This document shows positions 34,335 to 42,932 of a stretch of 64,000 bases of DNA, piece after piece. The notes below the pieces were generated by a model that searched no databases, was not told the DNA's origin, and was given only the letters and a program-made list of their open reading frames with translations. The stretch spans positions 14,013-78,012 of the forward strand of contig CAYSLI010000002.1 in NCBI GenBank assembly GCA_964431915.1, in the 5' to 3' direction. How positions within the stretch are numbered: position 1 is the first letter of the stretch; the number at the start of each line of letters is the position of its first letter. The DNA is from an uncultured Candidatus Saccharibacteria bacterium. Its GTDB lineage: Bacteria; Patescibacteriota; Minisyncoccia; Minisyncoccales; CAZKCU01. The position numbers and the translations under genes are program-made.

Positions 34335-35543
34335 ATGGCTAGACCTAGAGTTGTAATAATACCTAAAGACAAATTAAAAGGTTTATATCTGCGGAAAAAA
34401 TTATCCTCAGTTCAAATTGCAAAAAGGTTTAATTGTGGCGAAAGAACTATTTATAGTAGATTATACGAATATAATATTCCAATAAGACACGATGTTAGAA
34501 GAACAGATATAACAAAAGATAAATTAAAAAAGTTGTATATCGATAGAAAATTAAGTATTCGTAAAATTGCTAAAATATTTAAATGTGGTCCAAGCACAAT
34601 ATGGACGAAATTATGTCTTTTGGGTATTAAGGTGAGAACAAAGAGCGAAGCGAATAAAGGAAAATATAAGATTAAGATACCCGAGGAGATAAAATTATTG
34701 TATGTAAATGATAAATTATCAATCTGCGAAATTGCTAGAAGATTTGCTTGCTGTACTAAAACCATATCGCAGAGACTTCATGATTATAATATTGCCATCA
34801 GAAAAGAAAAGGTAGAAATCAAAAAAGAAGACCTTGAGGAATTATACGTTAGAAAAAGAATGACGATTTATCAAATTGGAGAGAAATTTAATGTAAACGG
34901 AGTTACCATTTTGAACAGATTAAAGTATTATAATATTCCAAGAAGGAGCAAAACCGAATTGAATACAGAAAAATATAGGATTAAAATTCCTGTAGAGAAA
35001 GCGAAAAATTTATATGTAGATAAAAAACTACCTATTTCAGAAATTAAAAAATTATTTAATTGTCATCATGAAACCTTACGCAAAAGATTATTAAGATCTG
35101 GTATTTCTATAAGAAATATAAGCGAAGCGTTAAAAGGAAAACCTTCAACATTTAAAGGGAAACATCATACACTAGAAACAAGAAAGAAATTAAGCATATT
35201 AACTGTTAAACAATTAGCCTCAGGCAAAATGAAACGGCAAGATACTACAATCGAACGAAAAATAGAAGAGGGGTTGAAGAAAAACCATATTTATTATAAA
35301 AAACAGATTCCTCTATGTAATATTACTGTAGCAGATTTTTACCTGCCGAAATTTAAACTCGTAATCTATGCTGACGGAGATTATTGGCATAGCTTGTCTT
35401 TAGTCAAAAATAGGGATAAAAAACAGAGTGTTATTCTAAAACAAAATGGATATAAAGTTTTTAGATTTCAGGAATATAAAATCAATAAATCAGTAGATGA
35501 TTGCATTAGAAGAATTAAAGAACGAATTTCATCTATAAATTAA
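34335..35543 (+). CDS. homing-endonuclease-like protein: 5 tandem HTH modules + NUMOD3-like motif + Vsr/DUF559-like PD-(D/E)XK nuclease
   Basis: Five ~45-aa repeats (L.LY....LS...IA..F.C...TI..RL....I); GKHHTLETRKKLS; DTTIERKIEEGL...ADFYLPKFKLVIYADGDYWH. Confidence 0.65.
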   Translation: MARPRVVIIPKDKLKGLYLRKKLSSVQIAKRFNCGERTIYSRLYEYNIPIRHDVRRTDITKDKLKKLYIDRKLSIRKIAKIFKCGPSTIWTKLCLLGIKVRTKSEANKGKYKIKIPEEIKLLYVNDKLSICEIARRFACCTKTISQRLHDYNIAIRKEKVEIKKEDLEELYVRKRMTIYQIGEKFNVNGVTILNRLKYYNIPRRSKTELNTEKYRIKIPVEKAKNLYVDKKLPISEIKKLFNCHHETLRKRLLRSGISIRNISEALKGKPSTFKGKHHTLETRKKLSILTVKQLASGKMKRQDTTIERKIEEGLKKNHIYYKKQIPLCNITVADFYLPKFKLVIYADGDYWHSLSLVKNRDKKQSVILKQNGYKVFRFQEYKINKSVDDCIRRIKERISSIN

Positions 35544-35556
35544 ATTCATAAAAAAT

Positions 35557-37005
35557 ATGTATAAACCAATCCTGGGCATTGAGGTACATGTAGAGCTCAA
35601 GACAAAAAGTAAAATGTTTTGTTCTTGTCTGAATGATCCAAATGAGCATCACCCGAACATTAATATTTGCCCAATATGTACGGCACAGCCGGGAAGTCTT
35701 CCTGTGATTAACAAAGAAGCGGTTAGAAAAACAATAAAAACCGGCCTATCTTTGAATTGCCAAATTCCTGAATATTCCAAGTTCGATAGAAAAAATTATT
35801 TTTATCCTGACCTTCCCAAAGGTTATCAGATAAGTCAGTATGACATGCCTCTTTGTAAAGAAGGTTATTTAGAAATCGACGATAGAAAAATTAAAATTAG
35901 AAGGGTTCATTTGGAAGAAGATACAGGCAGATTAATTCATAAAAAAGATTATTCTTTAGTCGATTTTAATCGAGCTGGCATTCCATTAATGGAATTGGTG
36001 ACCGAACCAGGTTTAAGGTCAGCCAAAGAGGCAAGGAAATTTGCCGAGGAATTGCAGTTAATCTTGAGGTATTTAGATGTTTCTAATGCTGATATGGAGA
36101 AAGGACAATTCAGAGTGGAGGCAAATATATCCTTATCAAAAACAAAGAAATTAGGAACTAAAGTCGAGATTAAAAATCTTAATTCTTTTCGGGCAGTAGA
36201 AAAAGGGATTGATTACGAAATTAAAAGACAGACGGAAATTTTAAAATCTAGTAAAAAAGTCATTCAGGAAACTCGGGGCTGGGATGAAATTGCAGAAGTG
36301 ACAGTAGGGCAGAGAGAGAAGGAGGAAGCTCATGATTATCGATATTTTCCCGAGCCAGATTTACCAATGCTTCATTTGGGCGTGGCAGATTATATTAATG
36401 AAGTAAAAGTAGAAATACCCGAACTTCCCCAGGCAAGACGGGAGCGCCTTCAAAAAGAATATCACATAGATGAAAAAACTATCGAAGTTTTTATTCAAAA
36501 TAAAGATTTTGGCGAGTATTTTGAGAAAGTAGTTTCGGAGTTTGGTCCAAGGCTTTCCCAAGAAAAAATTTTGGGATTAATAAAATTGGCGACAAATTAT
36601 TTGATTACTGATTTACAGGGTTTATTAAAAGGAGCCGTAGTTTGCGGCGAAGATTTTCTGATTACTCCGGAAAATTTTGCAGAATTTATTACTCTAATTT
36701 ATGAAGGTGCAATTTCAAGTAAAATTGCCAAACAGGTTCTTGCTGAAATGTTTTCTACAGGTGTCGATCCTTCTCATATTATTGAAGAAAAAGGATTATC
36801 GCAAATAACTGATGAAGCTGAAATTGAAAAAATTATAAAAGAAGTCATTTCCAAAAATTCAAAAGCAGTTCAAGATTTTAAAAAAGGAAAAGAAACAGCT
36901 ATCCAATTTTTAATTGGTCAAATAATGTCTCAGACAAAAGGAAAAGCCAATCCCAAAATAGTTAAAGATATTTTGAATAAACGCTTGATCCCCATGTCTA
37001 ATTAG
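35557..37005 (+). CDS. gatB: Asp/Glu-tRNA amidotransferase subunit B
   Basis: GIEVHVELKTKSKMFCSC, KNYFYPDLPKGYQISQ, HLEEDTG, C-terminal YqeY-like tail. Confidence 0.93.
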   Translation: MYKPILGIEVHVELKTKSKMFCSCLNDPNEHHPNINICPICTAQPGSLPVINKEAVRKTIKTGLSLNCQIPEYSKFDRKNYFYPDLPKGYQISQYDMPLCKEGYLEIDDRKIKIRRVHLEEDTGRLIHKKDYSLVDFNRAGIPLMELVTEPGLRSAKEARKFAEELQLILRYLDVSNADMEKGQFRVEANISLSKTKKLGTKVEIKNLNSFRAVEKGIDYEIKRQTEILKSSKKVIQETRGWDEIAEVTVGQREKEEAHDYRYFPEPDLPMLHLGVADYINEVKVEIPELPQARRERLQKEYHIDEKTIEVFIQNKDFGEYFEKVVSEFGPRLSQEKILGLIKLATNYLITDLQGLLKGAVVCGEDFLITPENFAEFITLIYEGAISSKIAKQVLAEMFSTGVDPSHIIEEKGLSQITDEAEIEKIIKEVISKNSKAVQDFKKGKETAIQFLIGQIMSQTKGKANPKIVKDILNKRLIPMSN

Positions 37006-37013
37006 GCTAGAGG

Positions 37014-37042
37014 TTGACAAAATTAAAATAAAGTAATATAAT
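37014..37042 (+). promoter_or_regulatory. sigma70-like promoter
   Basis: TTGACA-17 nt-TATAAT, consensus in both hexamers. Confidence 0.5.
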
Positions 37043-37075
37043 TATAATATTAGTATCTTTAAAAAGGAAGTAATA

Positions 37076-37369
37076 ATGATTGTAAAAGAGTGTAATACGA
37101 TAGATTCAAAAGGACGGTTTTACTTTCCCAAAAAGGATAGGGAAGATTTTAAAGATAAAGTAGTTATATTCAGGTTTCATGATTATCTTTGTTTTTCGAC
37201 CATGCAAGAATGGAATCAGCTATTAACTAAGAAACTCAGAGGCCTTAAAGGGAAAGAATTTCATATGATGGAACGATATCTTTGGAGTTCTGTTTTTGTT
37301 AAAAAAATAGATAAATGGAAAAGGGTATATGTTCCTTCCGGATTAAGAGAAAGGAGGAAACATAAGTGA
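37076..37369 (+). CDS. short MraZ/SpoVT-AbrB-like DNA-binding protein
   Basis: Two MraZ-type motifs DSKGRFYFPKKDRE and DKWKRVYVPSGLRE; only 97 aa. Confidence 0.55.
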   Translation: MIVKECNTIDSKGRFYFPKKDREDFKDKVVIFRFHDYLCFSTMQEWNQLLTKKLRGLKGKEFHMMERYLWSSVFVKKIDKWKRVYVPSGLRERRKHK

Positions 37370-37557
37370 TGAAAAAGATGGGAGAAAAAGAGAAAGAGGT
37401 TGTAGCTATTCAGTGGAATTCCAGCGAAGGACAGGTAACGTTTCGTGAGCGGTATGCAGATGAGTCAGTAGGACCCATTGAAAACACTTCGCTCGAGACA
37501 AATAACCCCAATAAATTTCTGCTTTTAAAAAACAAAATTGAGAGGGAAAGGTTATAA
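37366..37557 (+). CDS. small hypothetical protein, translationally coupled to the MraZ-like gene
   Basis: AAGGAGG 8-11 nt upstream of the GTG/ATG start; 4-nt overlap with the upstream stop. Confidence 0.45.
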   Translation: MMKKMGEKEKEVVAIQWNSSEGQVTFRERYADESVGPIENTSLETNNPNKFLLLKNKIERERL

Positions 37558-37565
37558 AGTCAAAG

Positions 37566-37596
37566 CGGGGAGAAGGTATTTTATATCTTCTCCCCG
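37566..37596. terminator. bidirectional terminator hairpin between convergent genes
   Basis: CGGGGAGAAG-(11 nt)-CTTCTCCCCG, T-rich on the 3' side. Confidence 0.6.
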
Positions 37597-37599
37597 TAT

Positions 37600-38487
37600 T
37601 TATTTTAGGAATTTTTCGACTAATTTTTCTGCTACCTTTTTATTTTTCACCCAGTGAATTCTTTTATCAGGTTTCCACCAGGTTATTTGGCGCTTGGCAT
37701 AATTTTTAAGTTCTATCAGGGAATTTTCAATCATTTCTTTGTCGGTAATTTTATTCTGCAAATATTGAGCTGCTATTCGATAATGTATTCCAAATTCTTC
37801 AATTTTCTGCCAAGAAATACCAAATTTCCTCAATTTTAGAATTTCTTTTAAAAATCCTTGCTCCAACCATTTAAAAAATCTTTTTTCTATTAATTCTCTG
37901 AGTTTTTCTTTACCCTTTTTTATTCCAATCATTAAAACAGGGTAGGGAAGTGGTTTTTTCTTTAAAGTAGGTACTGGTTTTTTTGTTTTAATTACAATTT
38001 CTAAAGCTCGAATCAATCTTCTGGGATTTTTCTTTTCAATTGTTCTTGCTCTTTTGGGGTCAAGTTTTTTTAATATCTTATATAATTCCTTAACTGTTTT
38101 TTTTGCCAAATTTTTTCTTAATTTCCAGTCAGGAGGAACTTCCGGAATTAAAATGCCATCAACTATTGCTTGAATATAAAATCCTGTTCCACCGCATAAA
38201 AAAGGCACTTTCCCCTTTTTTAAAATTTTACTTATTGCTCCAAGCGTCAATTTTCGATATTGAGTCACGGTAAATCTTCTCTTTGGACTAGCTACATCCA
38301 GGAGGTGATGGGTGATACCCAGCATCTCTTTTTTAGTTACCTTTCCGGTCCCAATATTCATTTCCTTATAAACCTGACGGGAGTCAGCCGAAATAATCTC
38401 ACCATTGAATTTTTTAGCAAGTTTTATTGCCAGCTCTGATTTACCTGAAGCTGTTGGCCCTAAAATAACAATTAATTTTTTGTCCAT
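37600..38487 (-). CDS. miaA: tRNA dimethylallyltransferase
   Basis: ILGPTASGKS, ISADSRQVYKEMNIGTGK. Confidence 0.92.
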   Translation of the reverse strand: MDKKLIVILGPTASGKSELAIKLAKKFNGEIISADSRQVYKEMNIGTGKVTKKEMLGITHHLLDVASPKRRFTVTQYRKLTLGAISKILKKGKVPFLCGGTGFYIQAIVDGILIPEVPPDWKLRKNLAKKTVKELYKILKKLDPKRARTIEKKNPRRLIRALEIVIKTKKPVPTLKKKPLPYPVLMIGIKKGKEKLRELIEKRFFKWLEQGFLKEILKLRKFGISWQKIEEFGIHYRIAAQYLQNKITDKEMIENSLIELKNYAKRQITWWKPDKRIHWVKNKKVAEKLVEKFLK

Positions 38488-39497
38488 TTTTTTTCAATAA
38501 TTTCTCTTAAAATTTTTTCTCTCCTCTTTTTTTCTAATAATGGAACATTATCTTCCAATCGAGAAGCAGCTGTTCCTGGACGAGGAGAATATTTAGCAAT
38601 ATAAGCCCAGTCAAATTTAATTTCTTTGAACAATTTAACTGTATTTTGAAATTGTTTTTTTGTTTCTCCAGGAAAACCAACAATAACATCGGTTGATAAT
38701 TTAATTTCCGGTATTTTTTTTCTAATTTTTTTCACCAAATTTTTATATTCTTTTAGGGTATAATTTCGGTTCATTTTCTTTAAAATTTTGTCGTCGCCAG
38801 ATTGGACCGGTAAATTAAAATATTTTCCGAATTTTTCGCAATTAGCCAAAACCTGAATTAATTCATTTGAAAAATTACTGGGATGAGGAGAGGTAAAAAG
38901 AATTTTAAAATCTCCAGGAATATCATTTATCATTTTTAAAAGTTTTGGAAAACCGACTGAAGAATCAAGAGGGGATTGGTAATCATTAACAATCTGGCCC
39001 AAAAGCCAAATTTCTTTAAATCCTTTCTTTACTAAATCTTTAACTTCCCTTAAAACTTCTTGATGATTACGACAGACCAAAGGACCACGCGTGAAAGGAA
39101 TAACGCAGTAAGTACAGAGATTATTACAGCCATTAGAAATCGGCGCGAAAGCTAAAGATTTACTTTTGCATTTTGGGGGAATATCAAAATAATTTCTAAG
39201 GGCCCAAATTGAATCAAAAATTTTTTTAAATTTCTTTTTATCTTTTTTTAAAATACAGCCCGTCAAAACAGTTTTTAATCTTGGATTTTTGGTTTTTAAT
39301 TTTTTGAATTTTGGTGCGAGACCATAAACTCTATCTACCGCCGATTGTCTGACTGAACACATATTAACCACAATTAAATCAGCTTCAGAAATATCAGAAG
39401 CTGGTTTATATCCTGTATTCTCTAAAACTGTGGCAATTCTTTCCGAATCTGATTTATTCATTTGGCACCCATAAGTTATAATGTAATATCTTGGCAT
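38472..39497 (-). CDS. MiaB-like radical-SAM methylthiotransferase without TRAM domain
   Basis: YYIITYGCQMNKSDSE, CNNLCTYC radical-SAM motif; start at MPRYY; 16-nt overlap with miaA. Confidence 0.8.
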   Translation of the reverse strand: MPRYYIITYGCQMNKSDSERIATVLENTGYKPASDISEADLIVVNMCSVRQSAVDRVYGLAPKFKKLKTKNPRLKTVLTGCILKKDKKKFKKIFDSIWALRNYFDIPPKCKSKSLAFAPISNGCNNLCTYCVIPFTRGPLVCRNHQEVLREVKDLVKKGFKEIWLLGQIVNDYQSPLDSSVGFPKLLKMINDIPGDFKILFTSPHPSNFSNELIQVLANCEKFGKYFNLPVQSGDDKILKKMNRNYTLKEYKNLVKKIRKKIPEIKLSTDVIVGFPGETKKQFQNTVKLFKEIKFDWAYIAKYSPRPGTAASRLEDNVPLLEKKRREKILREIIEKKWTKN

Positions 39498-39552
39498 ATT
39501 CAATATTTTACAATAGAAAAACGGCCCTGAAAAGGCCATTTTTCTTATATAA

Positions 39553-41169
39553 TTAATGAATCTCTTCTTTCTTTTCTTTCAAAAAATACCTCCATTGTTC
39601 TAGGAATTCCACAAAAACCAAAAAGGGCATATCAATCAAGACGTTAAAGAAAACGGCAATAGCATTATACTTTTTCCACTTGTTGGACAACCACCGTCCT
39701 AAAGAAGCCATGGGCAAAGATAAGATATCAAACACAAACCCTAAAAATCCACCCTTTTTCTCTTCTACTGTGAGTTCCTTACCTCTATTTCTAATTGCTA
39801 ATCCTGCAAAAGTAATCAGTGCTACAAATATAATATTAATGATAACAGAAGTCGGAGGAAATTTTGCAAGTTTAAAAATTCCAACTATCGCCCCTAGTGA
39901 AATACAAGCGCCCAAAAGATAGATGAGGCCAATAATAGATCTTATTATGACCCCTCTTTTTTTAGGAATTTTTATTTCGTAAGTGTCAATTTTACCATAA
40001 ATAATTTTCATTGTTTCCATAATTACTAAATCTAAATTATTTTTTGAGGGAGGCTTAATCGTGACTACTAAAAGAAACATTAAAAAAGTAGGGCCAAGAA
40101 TATCTACCAATATCGTAATGGGCATAAAACGGCCGGTAATCAGCCTGGCTAGAGGTATTTCTAGGATTAATAAAGAAAGGCTATTAGCCAGCAGGATAGA
40201 AAGAGTAGAATAAACAGCCGCCCGAAAAAGGCGTGTTTTTAGAGTAGAGAATCTCTTATTGTAAGCTTTTTTGATAAGGCCCTCAAAAATTTCCGGTTCA
40301 GAGATTTTTTTTGAAATTTCTGCAGGATTTTCTTCAGATAACACATCGCCCAAAAGCAAATATGGAGTGTCGTATTTTTCACAGATAGTATAAAATTTTT
40401 TGCCGAGAGGATGAGATAAATCTTTTTCAATATCGTTCCATATTGTATATATATTTTTAGTTATTCCAGAAAGCCATTCTCCGCTTTTGTCATTCCACTG
40501 TGGGAATTTATATTTCAAAAGATTGTAGCTTATAATCGGACGGTCTAGCTTGAAAAGAGCTTGCTGAACTGCAATGTAAATTTGAATATTTTTTCCTTCC
40601 TCTTTTATTCTCTTGAAAACAAAGACCCCTTCGTTTAGAGTGATTCGTTCTTTCATCAACTCAAACATATAGCCTATTAAGGCTTTTTCCTTGATAAAGG
40701 GAGCGAGAACATCTTCTACTTCGCAGGCAGCAATTTCTAAAATCCAGTTATAAAATTGTAATTTTTCGCGTCCTGATTTTGCCGGTGGGCTGTTTTTGAG
40801 AATAAAAACATATTTGTTAATTACTCTTTGAACATCGGCTATTTTCGTTTCTTCAATTCTATCATTGGGGAAATGACCGCCCCTGATTAATTCTAAAACC
40901 AAGGGCTCTGCAATCTCTTTACTCTTAGAAAGATTATTTAATTCCCAATCTAAAAACCTTCTTTTTAATTTTCTGATGATAGCGGCTCGGCGCATCAGAT
41001 GTTCTTCTTTCCAGTCAACTATTTCTCTTATTTTTTCATAAAAAGCAGCCACTTTTGAGGCAACTTCATCTACGTGAATAGTTGACACCCCTTCTTTTGG
41101 CTGTAGCTGCTGATACCATCTTTGATAATGGGAAATTAATTTTTGAGTAGGTTGGGATAATTGGTGCAC
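39553..41169 (-). CDS. hypothetical polytopic membrane protein
   Basis: 538 aa; soluble N-terminal ~300 aa then several TM helices; no family recognised. Confidence 0.5.
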   Translation of the reverse strand: MHQLSQPTQKLISHYQRWYQQLQPKEGVSTIHVDEVASKVAAFYEKIREIVDWKEEHLMRRAAIIRKLKRRFLDWELNNLSKSKEIAEPLVLELIRGGHFPNDRIEETKIADVQRVINKYVFILKNSPPAKSGREKLQFYNWILEIAACEVEDVLAPFIKEKALIGYMFELMKERITLNEGVFVFKRIKEEGKNIQIYIAVQQALFKLDRPIISYNLLKYKFPQWNDKSGEWLSGITKNIYTIWNDIEKDLSHPLGKKFYTICEKYDTPYLLLGDVLSEENPAEISKKISEPEIFEGLIKKAYNKRFSTLKTRLFRAAVYSTLSILLANSLSLLILEIPLARLITGRFMPITILVDILGPTFLMFLLVVTIKPPSKNNLDLVIMETMKIIYGKIDTYEIKIPKKRGVIIRSIIGLIYLLGACISLGAIVGIFKLAKFPPTSVIINIIFVALITFAGLAIRNRGKELTVEEKKGGFLGFVFDILSLPMASLGRWLSNKWKKYNAIAVFFNVLIDMPFLVFVEFLEQWRYFLKEKKEEIH

Positions 41170-41178
41170 AGTAAATCG

Positions 41179-42915
41179 TTATTTTTTATCTTTTATTTCT
41201 TTTTTAATCTTTTCAATAAACTTCGTAAGTTTTATTATTCCTGTATCTCCTTTTTTTCTTTCTCTGGCTCTTACAGATTTCTCTTTCATCTCTTTAGAAC
41301 CCACAACTAATATGTAAGGAATTTTTTGTATTTCTCCTTCTCGAATTTTTTTGGAAACGGTCTCATTCTTATCTTTGACCTTCGTTCGATATCCAATGTT
41401 GGACATCCGATGTCCAACATCTTGGGCGTATTTTTTGTGGTGAGAGCCAACCGGAATTATCCAGATTTGCTCAGGAGAAAGCCACAGAGGAAAGGCCCCA
41501 GCATAATTTTCAATTAAAACTCCAATGAATCTTTCCAAAGACCCTAATAAAGCGCGATGAATCATAAGAGGCCGTTTCTTTTTACCTGACTTGCCAATAT
41601 AAGTCATTTTAAATCTTTCGGGTGAGTTAAAATCAATTTGAATTGTTGTACACTGCCAGGGTCTACCCAGAGAGTCTTTAATTTTAATATCAATTTTGGG
41701 TCCATAAAACACGCCTCCTCCGGGATCGGTTTGATATTTTAATTTAAGTTTTTTGAGAACATATTTTAGAGAATTGGTAGCTTTTTCCCATCCTTTCAAA
41801 GTTCCGGCATATTTTTCTGGTCTGGTCGAAAGATAGATGTCGTAATCTCGGAATCCAAAAGTTTTAAGAATTTTAAAGCCGGCTCTAAGAAGCTTCACTA
41901 CTTCTTGCGATAACTGCTCAGGTTCGCAAACAATATGAGCATCGTCTTGGGTGAAACCTCTTACCCTTGTTAAGCCATGTAAAACTCCAGATTTTTCATA
42001 ACGATAAACTGTCCCTAATTCTGCGAGGTATATAGGTAATTCTCTATAACTTCTAACTTTAGAATTATAAACTTTAACATGGAAAGGACAGTTCATTGGT
42101 TTTAATAAATATTCTTCCTGGTCAATTTTGATGGGGGAATACATATTTTCTCGGTATAAATTCCAATGACCAGAAGTCTTCCATAAGTCTAATTTTCCAA
42201 TATGAGGAGTGACCAGCCATTGATAACCCTGAGAGGTTAATTCCTTATATAGATGATCTTCAATTACATGACGCAAAATTGTTCCTTTCGGAAGCCATAA
42301 AGGAAGTCCTGCTCCTACTTCTTCGTCAAACATAAATAGCTCTAATTTTTGTCCCAGAATTCGATGATCCCGTTTTTCCGCTTCTTCCTGTCTTTCTAAA
42401 AATTCATTGAGTTCTTTTTTAGTTTTAAAAGCTATTCCGTAAATTCTAGTTAACATTGGGTTTCTTTCCGATCCCCGCCAATAGGCACCGGAAATTTTTA
42501 TTAATTTGAAAGCATCAATTACTTCTTCAGCTTTCCCTGAATGAAGTTGAAGGGTCGATTTAATATGTGGGCCCTTACACAAGTCAACAAATTCACCACT
42601 TTCATAAATTGATACAGTTTTTTCAGGAATTTCCTCAATCAACTCTAATTTATAAGTTTGCTCTTTAAATATTTTTTTTGCCTTCGTTTTAGAAATGATT
42701 TTTTTCCTGAAAATAATATTTTTTTCAATTAATTCTCGCATTTTTTCTTCAATTTTTGGTAAATCTGAAGGAACTAATCTTCTTTTTAAGTCAAAATCAT
42801 AATAAAAACCGTTTTCAATAGCAGGCCCAATACCAAACTTAACTCCTGAATAGAGTTCTTGAACGGTGTAAGCCATGATATGGGCTAAGGAATGACGAAT
42901 AGTGTCTATTTGCAT
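41179..42915 (-). CDS. thrS: threonyl-tRNA synthetase (no TGS domain)
   Basis: RHSLAHIMA, RGFTQDDAH, HRALLGSLERFIG. Confidence 0.93.
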   Translation of the reverse strand: MQIDTIRHSLAHIMAYTVQELYSGVKFGIGPAIENGFYYDFDLKRRLVPSDLPKIEEKMRELIEKNIIFRKKIISKTKAKKIFKEQTYKLELIEEIPEKTVSIYESGEFVDLCKGPHIKSTLQLHSGKAEEVIDAFKLIKISGAYWRGSERNPMLTRIYGIAFKTKKELNEFLERQEEAEKRDHRILGQKLELFMFDEEVGAGLPLWLPKGTILRHVIEDHLYKELTSQGYQWLVTPHIGKLDLWKTSGHWNLYRENMYSPIKIDQEEYLLKPMNCPFHVKVYNSKVRSYRELPIYLAELGTVYRYEKSGVLHGLTRVRGFTQDDAHIVCEPEQLSQEVVKLLRAGFKILKTFGFRDYDIYLSTRPEKYAGTLKGWEKATNSLKYVLKKLKLKYQTDPGGGVFYGPKIDIKIKDSLGRPWQCTTIQIDFNSPERFKMTYIGKSGKKKRPLMIHRALLGSLERFIGVLIENYAGAFPLWLSPEQIWIIPVGSHHKKYAQDVGHRMSNIGYRTKVKDKNETVSKKIREGEIQKIPYILVVGSKEMKEKSVRARERKKGDTGIIKLTKFIEKIKKEIKDKK

Positions 42916-42932
42916 AAATTAGAAATTAGTTA

